This document shows, piece after piece, positions 50,066 to 59,270 of a DNA stretch of 64,000 bases. This DNA is from an uncultured bacterium (GTDB taxonomy: Bacteria > Krumholzibacteriota > Krumholzibacteriia > LZORAL124-64-63), in the NCBI GenBank assembly GCA_963727525.1, contig CAVSGO010000008.1, positions 64,001 to 128,000 on the forward strand, in the 5' to 3' direction. Both the position numbers and the translations under genes were made by a program. The notes below the pieces were generated by a model. The model was not told the origin of the DNA and did no database searches. It saw nothing but the letters and a program-made list of their open reading frames with translations. How positions within the stretch are numbered: the first letter of the stretch is position 1; every line of letters begins with the position of its first letter.

Positions 50066-50845
50066 CTACTTCACCAGCACGAGGCGCTGGGTCTGGCTGA
50101 TGCCCGCGGCGACGAAGCGGGCGAAATACACCCCGCTCGCAAGCCGCCGGCCTTGGTCGTCGACTCCTTGCCAGGTCACGCTATGAGTGCCTGCCGTCTG
50201 CATACCCTGGACCAGGTGATGCACGAGCCGACCACTCACGTCGTAGATGACGAGATCGACGTCCCCCGCCGCCGGGATACTGAATTCTAGCACGGTTTGC
50301 GGGTTGAATGGGTTCGGAGCCGCCGGCTGGAGCTGTGCCGCCTCGATGACCGTCGTGAACCGCGCATGGGGCGCCGACAGCTCGGTCATCCCCGGCAACG
50401 CTGGCACGAATACCGGGTCGATCGCCAGGCCCGTCGCTCCTTCCACCTTCATCCAGGTCTCGGCGTCGGCGCATAGCCAGCCCTGATGGCCGTCGCTGCT
50501 GGTCGTGTAGCCGATCGCCGCGCCGCCGCCGGCGCCCGGTGCCTCGTACTCGCTCCCCTGCGGGAATTCGAAGAGGCAGTAGAGGCCCGCCGAATGGCAG
50601 GCGAATGGCTGAGCGAAATCTACCTGGCTCCAGCTCAGGGACGTGCCCTGGACGTCGGACGCCACCTCGATTGCGTCGCTCAGGCCGACGGGCGTGTCGG
50701 CCGTGCCGCTGGCGACCAGCACCCGCGGGAAAACCACCGCGCCGTCGTTGTTGTACCAGCGCACGCCCGCGACGGCCATGCCGTCAGGGACGGGCACCCA
50801 GATTGCGGCGTACGAGTTCTCCAGCACCGGGGTCATTCCCAGGAA
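50066..50845 (-). pseudogene. 5'-truncated duplicate of the FlgD-tail gene at 52098-52961
   Basis: Near-identical from (F)LGMTPVLENSY onward, but lacks the SD, start and signal peptide. Confidence 0.7.
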
Positions 50846-50850
50846 GCAGC

Positions 50851-52035
50851 CTAGCGAAACATGGACTTAAGATCCCCCAAGCTCATCGGCGTCACTGGCA
50901 CCGAGACGGGGGAGAAGGGCTCGAAGTCGATGATGGACTGGTGATTGATGTCGGGGGGGCTGTAATCATTGTAATCATCGATCCATGCCGCGATCTGAAC
51001 AGGGTCGTCCGTGCCCCAGTAGTTCCCACTCAAGTCGATGTGGCAGGGCTCATTCGGACAATTGAGAGAGATCGCCGCATTTACGACAGAGTATCCGCCG
51101 CCATTGAGGATGTCGTTGCCATGAAAGTCGACAACACCCCGAGTCGCATCGGCCCCAACATGAAACGTCACGCGACTACATCCCTCGAAGACATTGCCCG
51201 AACCGATCAGCGACCCCCATTGTTCGAAGTACAACCCATCCACTCCGGCCGCGATACGGCACCCATACATCTTCACGTCCGAACTCGAAATTGCAACCGC
51301 GCTCGTTCCCGCCCGCTCGCAAAACTGGCAGTCACGTATCTCCACCTGCGCGCCATCGTAGATACCGAGGTGGGTCCGCCCACCATGGATGACACAATCC
51401 TGGATCAATGTATGCGGGCAATAGCCAACATAGATTGCTTTGTCGTTGTCGTAGAACTCGCACGATCGCACGGTACCGCTATCTGACGTGCTAGAGAAGC
51501 CTATTGCGACGTCGAGATTATCGCGAAACACCGAATTCTCGATCGTATTTCCGCCGCGCGCCCAGGTGATGATACCGGTATTGCTGCTGCCGTCGATTTC
51601 ACAATGATCGACATCGACCGCTAGCCCAAAGAAGAATACGCCGCTTACGAGACCCAATATCTTGAGATCCCGGAGATGCAGCACACCGTCGTTGATCATC
51701 GAGACACCATTTATGTCAGTGTCTCCATAGTCCTCGGGCGGGATCCCGCCGATGATCGTCTCCCCAGCGCCAGCGCCAACGATCGTCAGTTCGTCCTGCG
51801 TCGCCTGAGCGCACGAGTACACGTTCCATTCTCCATTGAACCACGCCCACGCGTACTCCGAGAACGTCCCCGGGCCGATCCGAATCGTATCACCAGAGGC
51901 CGCGAGATCGATTGCCGTCTGGATGATCGTGGCATCGCCGCTGCCGTCCTTCTCTACCCGCCAGGTCCGCGCTGCGGTGACGTTTGCGGCCACGAAGACG
52001 ATGATGATCGGGATCAGATGTATGTGGCCGCGCAT
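50851..52035 (-). CDS. Secreted right-handed beta-helix protein, paralogue 1, with LGDLKSMFR tail
   Basis: Same architecture as paralogues 2 and 3. Confidence 0.85.
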   Translation of the reverse strand: MRGHIHLIPIIIVFVAANVTAARTWRVEKDGSGDATIIQTAIDLAASGDTIRIGPGTFSEYAWAWFNGEWNVYSCAQATQDELTIVGAGAGETIIGGIPPEDYGDTDINGVSMINDGVLHLRDLKILGLVSGVFFFGLAVDVDHCEIDGSSNTGIITWARGGNTIENSVFRDNLDVAIGFSSTSDSGTVRSCEFYDNDKAIYVGYCPHTLIQDCVIHGGRTHLGIYDGAQVEIRDCQFCERAGTSAVAISSSDVKMYGCRIAAGVDGLYFEQWGSLIGSGNVFEGCSRVTFHVGADATRGVVDFHGNDILNGGGYSVVNAAISLNCPNEPCHIDLSGNYWGTDDPVQIAAWIDDYNDYSPPDINHQSIIDFEPFSPVSVPVTPMSLGDLKSMFR

Positions 52036-52097
52036 GGCGTCCCTCCTCGCTGCGGGGTGGAGCCGCGAGGCTCCACCCCGCCTTGTGGGCTCCGGTT

Positions 52098-52961
52098 CTA
52101 CTTCACCAGCACGAGGCGTTGCGTTTGGCTGATGCCCGCGGCGACGAAGCGGGCGAAATACACCCCGCTCGCAAGCCGCCGGCCCTGTTCGTCGGCTCCC
52201 TGCCAGGCCACGCGATGAGTGCCTGCCGTTTGCATACCCTGGACCAGGTGATGCACCAGCCGGCCGCTCACGTCGTAGATGGCGAGATCGACATCCCCCG
52301 CGGCTGGGATACTGTATTCTAGCACGGTTTGGGGGTTGAACGGGTTAGGTGATGCTGGCCGCAGCTGCGCCGCCTCCCTGACGATCCCCACGGGAACCCG
52401 GGGCGCCGACAGCTCGGTCATCCCCGGCAACGCCGGAACGAACACCGGGTCGATCGCCAGGCCCGTTGCTCCTTCCACCTTCATCCAGGTCTCGGCGTCG
52501 GCGCACAGCCAGCCCTGATGGCCATCGCTGCTGGTCGTGAAGCCGATCGCCGCGCCGCCGCCGGTGCCCGGCGCCTCGTACTCGCTCCCCTGCGGGAATT
52601 CGAAGAGGCAGTAGAGGCCCGCCGAATGGCAGGCGAATGGCTGAGCGAAATCCACCTGGCTCCAGCCCAGGGACGTGCCCTGGACATCGGCCGCCACCTC
52701 GATGGCGTCGCTCAGGCCGACGGGCGTGTCGGCCGTGCCGCTGGCGACCAACACCCGCGGGAAGACCACCGTTCCGTCGTTGTTGTACCAGCGCACGCCC
52801 GCGACGGCCATGCCGTCAGGGACAGGCACCCAGATTGCGGCGTACGAGTTTTCCAGCACCGGGGTCATTCCCAGAAAGCCGCCGATTTCCGGCGTCGCGG
52901 CGGCCGCGCCGGCGAGCACCAGCGCTAGCAGTGCCAAGGCAAGCAGATTTGTGTACTTCAT
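52098..52961 (-). CDS. Secreted protein with a C-terminal FlgD-type domain
   Basis: AAGGAGG SD; signal peptide MKYTNLLALALL...AAA; SPNPFNPQT...IYDVSGRLV...LASGVYF. Confidence 0.85.
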   Translation of the reverse strand: MKYTNLLALALLALVLAGAAAATPEIGGFLGMTPVLENSYAAIWVPVPDGMAVAGVRWYNNDGTVVFPRVLVASGTADTPVGLSDAIEVAADVQGTSLGWSQVDFAQPFACHSAGLYCLFEFPQGSEYEAPGTGGGAAIGFTTSSDGHQGWLCADAETWMKVEGATGLAIDPVFVPALPGMTELSAPRVPVGIVREAAQLRPASPNPFNPQTVLEYSIPAAGDVDLAIYDVSGRLVHHLVQGMQTAGTHRVAWQGADEQGRRLASGVYFARFVAAGISQTQRLVLVK

Positions 52962-52972
52962 GGTTTCCCTCC

Positions 52973-55900
52973 TTAGAGCTGGTTCGCGCAGAACCTGACC
53001 CGGAAAGTCTTCTGCGTGCTGGTGCTGGTGATGCCGGCCCGATGCGAGCTGGACACGGAGTACGGGATCGTGCACGGCGCCGAACACTCGACCGGGACCT
53101 TCAGCGTGTGGCGGTAGCGGCCCGAGGTCAGCCGGCCGTGCGAGCGTATGACGCCGGGAGACGTTGCGGTGTAGACAACCGCGTTGGGAACGCAGGGCGA
53201 GGCTGGCAGAGTCACCTGATCTAGCTCCCAGTCGCTGCGGTAGGTCGTCTCCCAGTTGAAGACCCAGTAGGACGTATCTGTCGTCGCGTCGTAGTCCATA
53301 CTGGTGAACACGGAGTTGTCGATCAGCGAAGGATCCGTGTCGTCGACGATCTCGTAAGTATTGCCTCCCGTCGACACGGGGACCTGAACGTGCTGAACCC
53401 AGCCGTTGGGCCAGGTGACGTCGACGGCGACGTCCTGCGATCCCGTTGCCGGTACCATCACGTCCAGACCGGACGACGCGAAGCCGGCCGGAGAATCGAT
53501 CCAGTCGGTGATGGTCTTCGCTCCGTACTGCACCGCGACCTTGGCGCCGATGCCGGCCCGGTTGTTGACGCCCGCTGGCGACGAAAGCCGGAACCGCACC
53601 ACGCCGGCCACGTCCTTGGTGTCCGCCAGCAGCCCTTCCGCGCGGTAGTAGAAGTTCGTGTTCGTGGTGCCCGCGTTGGGAACGGCGAACAGCAGGTCGG
53701 GGAATCCGTCGCGGTCCCAGTCGTCGATCGCGGCGCTGCCCGGGTGGTCGACCGCGACGTCGAAGGCTCCGTCGTGGTCTTCCAGCAGCAGGTAGCCGTT
53801 GAACGCACCGCGGTTGAGCACCACTTGTGCGCCCTGGGAAGACGACGAGTTCCAGAGGACGAGGTCGCTCGACCCATCGGTGTTCACGTCGACCACGCGG
53901 ACGCCGTTGCGCCCGGTCGCGCCCGGCGCTCCGACGTGCACCGGCGCGCGCCAGTTGAAGGAGCCGCTGTCGTCGTTGAGGTACACCGACGCCGCCGGGA
54001 CGCCGGTACCCGCGCTGCTCACCACGAGATCGGCGTAGCCGTCGCCATTGCAGTCGGCGAACTCGGCGCTGGTCTGGAATCCCATCTGCGGCAGACGGGA
54101 GTCGGCCTCGTCGACGAGTTCCCAGTAGCCGGTGCCGGGGTTGACCTGTTGCACGAAGAGCTGCGGCCCGGCGCCGGTCGCAGGAGTCGCGCCGTCGCGC
54201 TCGACGAACAGGTCGAGCCGGCCGTCGAGATTCACGTCGTTCCAGCGACCGCCCGTGGTGACGGCGTGGACACTGCTGCCCATGGCGTAGAGGTTGGTCA
54301 CGTCGGTAAAGGCGCCGTTCACCTGCTCCGTATCGTTGTGGAGCAAGACGCCGTCGGCTGCCGGCATCGTGGCGCTGGGCTCGATCCCCTCGCCACCGCT
54401 GCGGCAGATGTACATGCCGACCCGGCCCGCCCCGTCGAAGTCGGCCCATAGCCCGGCTTGACTCGCGACCGCGGCCGATACCTGGTGGCCCTGGCCGTCA
54501 TCGACGGTCGGCAAGAGGGCGGTCTCATCCAGGAAAACCGTTCCCTGGTGGTTGCGGAACAGGTAGCCCTGTGATTGGAAACCAGCCGCGATGAAAACGT
54601 CGAGGTCGCCGTCGTTGTCGTAGTCCGCGGCCGAAGCGTGGCCTTGATATTGCCCCGGCTTCGACCCCGGGAACACCGAAAAGTCGGTGCGATAGAACTC
54701 CGGCACGTGGTTCGGCGTGAGGCGTTGGTACCTGAACAACCGTGCATCCACCGTCTTCGTGCAGAGCAGCAAGTCCTTGTGGCCGTCGCCATCGTAGTCA
54801 ACGGCGAGCGACGAATAGACCTCGCCGTCGTAGTTGATGGTGGTGTCGGTGGACTTATCGCTGTCGTATTGGACGAGGTAGGTGTAGTCGCCGCACTGGC
54901 GCTCCACGATGTCCATATTCGCGCTCACGAGGTAGGCGACTTCGACGCCGGGCTCCACGTACTTTGCGGCGTCGAGCTGGATTGTCTTGAGCCGGACCGG
55001 GGCGGAGGGGTCCCGGAGATCGAGGATCGAGAGCCAGCGGGTCGTCACGCCGCCGAAGATGGTGTATGAGGTGACGTAGCCGTAGGCGCCGGTGATCTCC
55101 AGGTCGACCGGTGTGCCGTAGGCCGCGGTGCTGAGGTACCCCACCGGCTGCAGGGTGCCGTTGGTGAGCGCCAGCACGTTGACGAGCGTACCCGTGAAGC
55201 CGAAGCAGATGTACTCCCGGCCGAGGACATCCACGGGGACTTCTTGGTGTTCGGGATTATAGCCGTCTTCGTAGCGGTCGACGAAAGTGAGACTTTCGCC
55301 ATCGACCCGGTAGGCGAATAACTGAGCATGGTCCGGATTCGCGTTTACCTCGATTCCGCCGACGAGTACCAGGGTCTCGCCGGCCGTCGAGTCGTAGACG
55401 TGCAGCGCGTTGGCCAACATTACGTGCCCCAAGGGTACCGCCAGATCCGCGCTGGCGAGCCGCACCATGTCGATGTATCGAAACATGGTGATCCGCGTCG
55501 TATTGGTGTTGGTGATCACGTACACGTAGTTTCCGTGCTTCTGGATCTTGACCACGTTGGTTTGCGGGGGGATGTCGGGGACGGTCGTTGCTCTGATAAA
55601 GGCGAAGCTGCCTGTATCGTACTCCAGCACGGTGGCCGCGCCACCGATGAGGAGCTTGCCCGAGCCCCCGGCGGCGAGATCATAGAAGATATTCGTGCCG
55701 TAGGAAATCGTGTGGCTTCCGAGGTACTGGGCGTTCGCCTCGTCGCTGATGTCGTAGACCATCACCGTGTTGTTGCCACGCAGCACGTAGAGCCGGTTGC
55801 CGATCACCTCGCTGTCGCGGGATTCACCCGGTTGTTGGCTCTCCATGTCGAGGTTGCCGACCACGAAGTGGTCGTCGCCAAACACGGTCGGATCGATCTG

Positions 55901-56962
55901 GACTAGCATGGTACCCAATGGGTTTGGGCTGATGGAGGACACGAGCCCGAGAGGCCGACCATTGATCGTGCCCATGGCGCTGATCGGGGGGTCGAACGCC
56001 TCGGCCCCTTCATACATCGGAGACTGCGGCTGGGTAACCAGGTATCGTGCCGCCAGCGACCGATAGCGCCGGTAGGCGTACAGCGTTCCCGAAGCCACGA
56101 CCATTTCGGTGGCGGACATCGACGGCGCCTGCCCGAGCACCACCGGCTGAGTGGGGATGCTCGCGTCGATGACGGCGAACCCGTTCGCTTCTTGGCCCGT
56201 CATGGTGTAGACCATCGATCCGGCCGTCGTGACGCCGGTGAATGGTCCACCGCCGACAGACGACGCGGCGACGACGCTCAGAGGATTGGATAGCTGGATG
56301 GGATTGACGATCCTGAGCTCCGTGCTCGTGATGAAGCAGCCGACCGTCGCCGTCAACCAGTGCAACGGTCCCTTTATCCCTCCGACGTCAACGTAGTTCT
56401 CGACCAAGCTCCCTTGGCGCGAGAAAACACGATAACTCAGATCGTTTCCGTAGGCCGCATATGGACTGGCTCCTGCGCAGACATAGTTGGCAGTCACCGT
56501 CACGCTGGCCAGCGAGTTGCCGTCGATCCAGAGGCAGCTTGATGGCAACGCGATCGTGCGCGAGGAGGAAACGGTGAAGGTGGGCGGCGAGGAGACGTCC
56601 ACCTGGTAAAGCGTGTAATTCGTGTTGATGGGGTCACCATCATGCGCCAGGACGAATGCGGTATTCCCGTCGACCGCCAGGGCGATGAGTTCGGTGGTGG
56701 AGGTGCCGATATTGGCTGCGCCACCACTGGTGAAAATGTAGGGAGAAGGTGCCGTATAGTAGGCTAGGGTGTTGCCGTAGGTCGCGAAGATCCGCCCATT
56801 GTCGACGCAGACCGCATGGCCGAACTGGGTGGAGAGTTCCGCCGTTGCCGTGTACTGGATCGTTTCGCCGTAGTCGTAGCAGTCGAGCGCGTCGGCTGTT
56901 GCCGTGACAAGGAGTAAGGCGGAGACAAGAAGCACGGAAATAGTAGATTTTGCTCGCATCAT
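52973..56962 (-). CDS. Large secreted protein: LVIVD-like propellers, FG-GAP/CRTAC1 repeats and ASPIC/UnbV-like domain
   Basis: Signal peptide; DYDGDGHKDL, DYDNDGDLDV, DVNLDGRLDL and DCNGDGYADL; NRAGIGAKV...VTWPNG. Confidence 0.85.
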   Translation of the reverse strand: MMRAKSTISVLLVSALLLVTATADALDCYDYGETIQYTATAELSTQFGHAVCVDNGRIFATYGNTLAYYTAPSPYIFTSGGAANIGTSTTELIALAVDGNTAFVLAHDGDPINTNYTLYQVDVSSPPTFTVSSSRTIALPSSCLWIDGNSLASVTVTANYVCAGASPYAAYGNDLSYRVFSRQGSLVENYVDVGGIKGPLHWLTATVGCFITSTELRIVNPIQLSNPLSVVAASSVGGGPFTGVTTAGSMVYTMTGQEANGFAVIDASIPTQPVVLGQAPSMSATEMVVASGTLYAYRRYRSLAARYLVTQPQSPMYEGAEAFDPPISAMGTINGRPLGLVSSISPNPLGTMLVQIDPTVFGDDHFVVGNLDMESQQPGESRDSEVIGNRLYVLRGNNTVMVYDISDEANAQYLGSHTISYGTNIFYDLAAGGSGKLLIGGAATVLEYDTGSFAFIRATTVPDIPPQTNVVKIQKHGNYVYVITNTNTTRITMFRYIDMVRLASADLAVPLGHVMLANALHVYDSTAGETLVLVGGIEVNANPDHAQLFAYRVDGESLTFVDRYEDGYNPEHQEVPVDVLGREYICFGFTGTLVNVLALTNGTLQPVGYLSTAAYGTPVDLEITGAYGYVTSYTIFGGVTTRWLSILDLRDPSAPVRLKTIQLDAAKYVEPGVEVAYLVSANMDIVERQCGDYTYLVQYDSDKSTDTTINYDGEVYSSLAVDYDGDGHKDLLLCTKTVDARLFRYQRLTPNHVPEFYRTDFSVFPGSKPGQYQGHASAADYDNDGDLDVFIAAGFQSQGYLFRNHQGTVFLDETALLPTVDDGQGHQVSAAVASQAGLWADFDGAGRVGMYICRSGGEGIEPSATMPAADGVLLHNDTEQVNGAFTDVTNLYAMGSSVHAVTTGGRWNDVNLDGRLDLFVERDGATPATGAGPQLFVQQVNPGTGYWELVDEADSRLPQMGFQTSAEFADCNGDGYADLVVSSAGTGVPAASVYLNDDSGSFNWRAPVHVGAPGATGRNGVRVVDVNTDGSSDLVLWNSSSSQGAQVVLNRGAFNGYLLLEDHDGAFDVAVDHPGSAAIDDWDRDGFPDLLFAVPNAGTTNTNFYYRAEGLLADTKDVAGVVRFRLSSPAGVNNRAGIGAKVAVQYGAKTITDWIDSPAGFASSGLDVMVPATGSQDVAVDVTWPNGWVQHVQVPVSTGGNTYEIVDDTDPSLIDNSVFTSMDYDATTDTSYWVFNWETTYRSDWELDQVTLPASPCVPNAVVYTATSPGVIRSHGRLTSGRYRHTLKVPVECSAPCTIPYSVSSSHRAGITSTSTQKTFRVRFCANQL

Positions 56963-57134
56963 TCCCTCCTAGAAGTCGAGCGATGGAGATCCGATGCAAT
57001 GACTGGCCCATGGGCGTGCTCGACCCGCAGGCGTAGACAACCTCCTTGAATTGGACTTTCCGAGTATCCCAAGGCCCCCAGTGCATTCCCTTGGGTGTGA
57101 CGTCAGGACCGATGGCACCGAAACTGGTTTGGTA

Positions 57135-58552
57135 CACTGCTGTCCTAAATGGGACAGACTTCGCATTCTGACCCCCAATTCGTAACGAGTTACCCCTCCA
57201 AATTGTCGAATCTCAGGTCGAGGTCCCCCTCCTCTCGGTTCGTACTTCGCCTTCGCCTGTCCTAATCATCGCAACGTGAGTTTCATCTGTATCGTCGGCG
57301 GTTCCAGTGGTGGTGTGTTGAATGGATCATCGAGCCAGTCGGTCAAGTCCCGATAGGTGAACAGGTTGAAGCGCAGCATGGTCGCCAGGTTCGAGAGCGA
57401 CCACCAGGCCTTGGACAGGTGGTGCAGCCATTTCAGCAGCAGCATCGCGATCAAGGCTGTCCAAATCTGGATCCGCAGCGCGTTCTCGCTGGTGCCGACG
57501 AAGCTCTTGACCTTCAGATTCTGCTTGAGGGCCTTGAAGAAGAGTTCGATTTGCCAGCGCTCCTTGTAGATGCCGGCGATCGTGGTGGCGCCGAAGTCGA
57601 GGTGGTTGGTCAGCAAGACGATTTCGCGTTCGTTCTCGCTGTCCCAGACCACGACGCGCCGCAGGTGGCAGGGGCACTTCTTCTCAGCCGCCGGTGCCGG
57701 TGAGCGAGATGATCTCGTCGGCGAGGATGTTGCGGTTCACTGGCACGGGAAGGGCGTGGACAACCCGGTAGACGCGCGTTCTCCTTCATCCGAGTGACGA
57801 AGTAGACGCCCGCTTGCGTCCATCGCTCGAATTGCGGATAGTCGTTGTAGCCACGATCCATGGCGACGATCGAACCAGCGCTGCAATTTCAACGCATCGC
57901 ATTGCCTTCGAGTCGTGCATCTTGGCCTCGCTGAGCAGAACATACGCCGGCAAGTAGTCGTCGTGATCGAGCAGGACGTGCGCCTTGACGCCGCCCTTGG
58001 CGCGGCGAAACTCAGCCCACGGAAACAAGCCCAGGCACAGGCTGATGGTGGTCGAGTCAAGCGACAGCAGCTTGTTCTTGAAACGGAACTTGTGCTGCCG
58101 TGCCCCAAGAGGTCTTCCTGCGCGGAAACGCCCGAGCATCGCCCAGAACAGCTCTTCGATAAATCGCGGCCGGCCGGCGGGCATTGGCGTAGGAGAGATT
58201 GGACTTGCTCGGCTTGCGCTGAATGCCCAGATGTACCAGCTTGCCGAGGCAGCACGCAAGGCCATTGCAGATTTCGCGCAGGGAATCGGCATGCGCGAGT
58301 TGGCAGAACAGCATGGCCGTCAGTTGGGTCCAGCAGGTGAAGCCCTTGGCGTGCGCGTTCGCCATTGTGCTGCTTGACGAGGCGGGCAAACTCGTTGCGG
58401 GGGAACCTGCTGCAGCAGTTGACTGAAGAGACTCGCGGCCTTTACCATCAGAGTGCCCTCCGGGGTCGTGTGGTAGGTTTGTTGTTGCCAAACCAATCCT
58501 CCCACGACCACGGGGGGCCTTGTGAATCTTACACTTGTTTAGGACAAGAGTG
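57135..58552 (-). mobile_element. IS4-family insertion sequence
   Basis: Terminal inverted repeats CACTGCTGTCCTAAA and (reverse complement) CACTCTTGTCCTAAA; 9-bp direct repeat GGTTTGGTA at 57126-57134 and 58553-58561. Confidence 0.9.
57266..58448 (-). pseudogene. IS4 (DUF4372-type) DDE transposase with multiple frameshifts
   Basis: Fragments SLFSQLL, MLFCQLA..SLREIC, LDSTTISLC, MDRGYND and YKERWQIELFFKALKQ lie in different frames. Confidence 0.9.
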
Positions 58553-58720
58553 GGTTTGGTATGACGTCCCCCACGCACAATAACTTCACGCGACGGGGGC
58601 GGTGTCAATGAAGAAATGCATGCGTTTTCAATAATGGTGATTGTCTGGGTTATTCGCGGGTCGACTCGAGCTTGTTTGCTTTGCCGCGACGGTGGAGGGC
58701 AATACCGGTCGAGGAGGCGA

Positions 58721-59254
58721 TCACCGCAGGTCGCCGAGATGCCGCGCCACCGCATCCGTCACCCGGCGGAAATTCCTGGGGATCAATCCGCTCACGAAGG
58801 TCGTGATGCCGCGGCTGGCGCCTTCCTTGAGGCCGCGGGGGAGGTCGATGATGCCGTTGAGGTTCCAGGTGAAGTCGCCGGACATGGTGAGGCGGGTGCC
58901 GCGGCCGCCCATGGCGGGTTCGTAGCGGGTGTGGCCGGCGCAGCGGATGTGGCTGGCGTGGTGGTGGGTGGTGATGGACCAGGCGCACTCGTGGCGGGCC
59001 TCGTCCCACACGGCGTCGTCGGTCCAGCGGAACATGTCGGGGTCGACGTAGGGGGCGGCGAGGGCCGGCAGCGAGACCTCGGCCTGCCAGACGGTGACCA
59101 GGTGCAGGCGCTGGTCGTCCTGCGGGGTGCGGGAGACCACCTTCAGTTCGCGGACGCCGTCGGCGACCGTGACGATGCCGGGCAGGTCGTCGCGCATGGT
59201 GCGCCAGATCACGTCCACGGGGTGCTTCATCACCACCACGATGCCGATCTCGAT
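58721..59254 (-). CDS. START/SRPBCC-like protein
   Basis: KHPVDVIWRTMRDDL and WTDDAVWDE; C-terminal helix. The SD points to ATC at 59254; alternative ATG at 59230. Confidence 0.65.
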   Translation of the reverse strand: MEIGIVVVMKHPVDVIWRTMRDDLPGIVTVADGVRELKVVSRTPQDDQRLHLVTVWQAEVSLPALAAPYVDPDMFRWTDDAVWDEARHECAWSITTHHHASHIRCAGHTRYEPAMGGRGTRLTMSGDFTWNLNGIIDLPRGLKEGASRGITTFVSGLIPRNFRRVTDAVARHLGDLR

Positions 59255-59270
59255 GATGGTCCTCCTCGGT

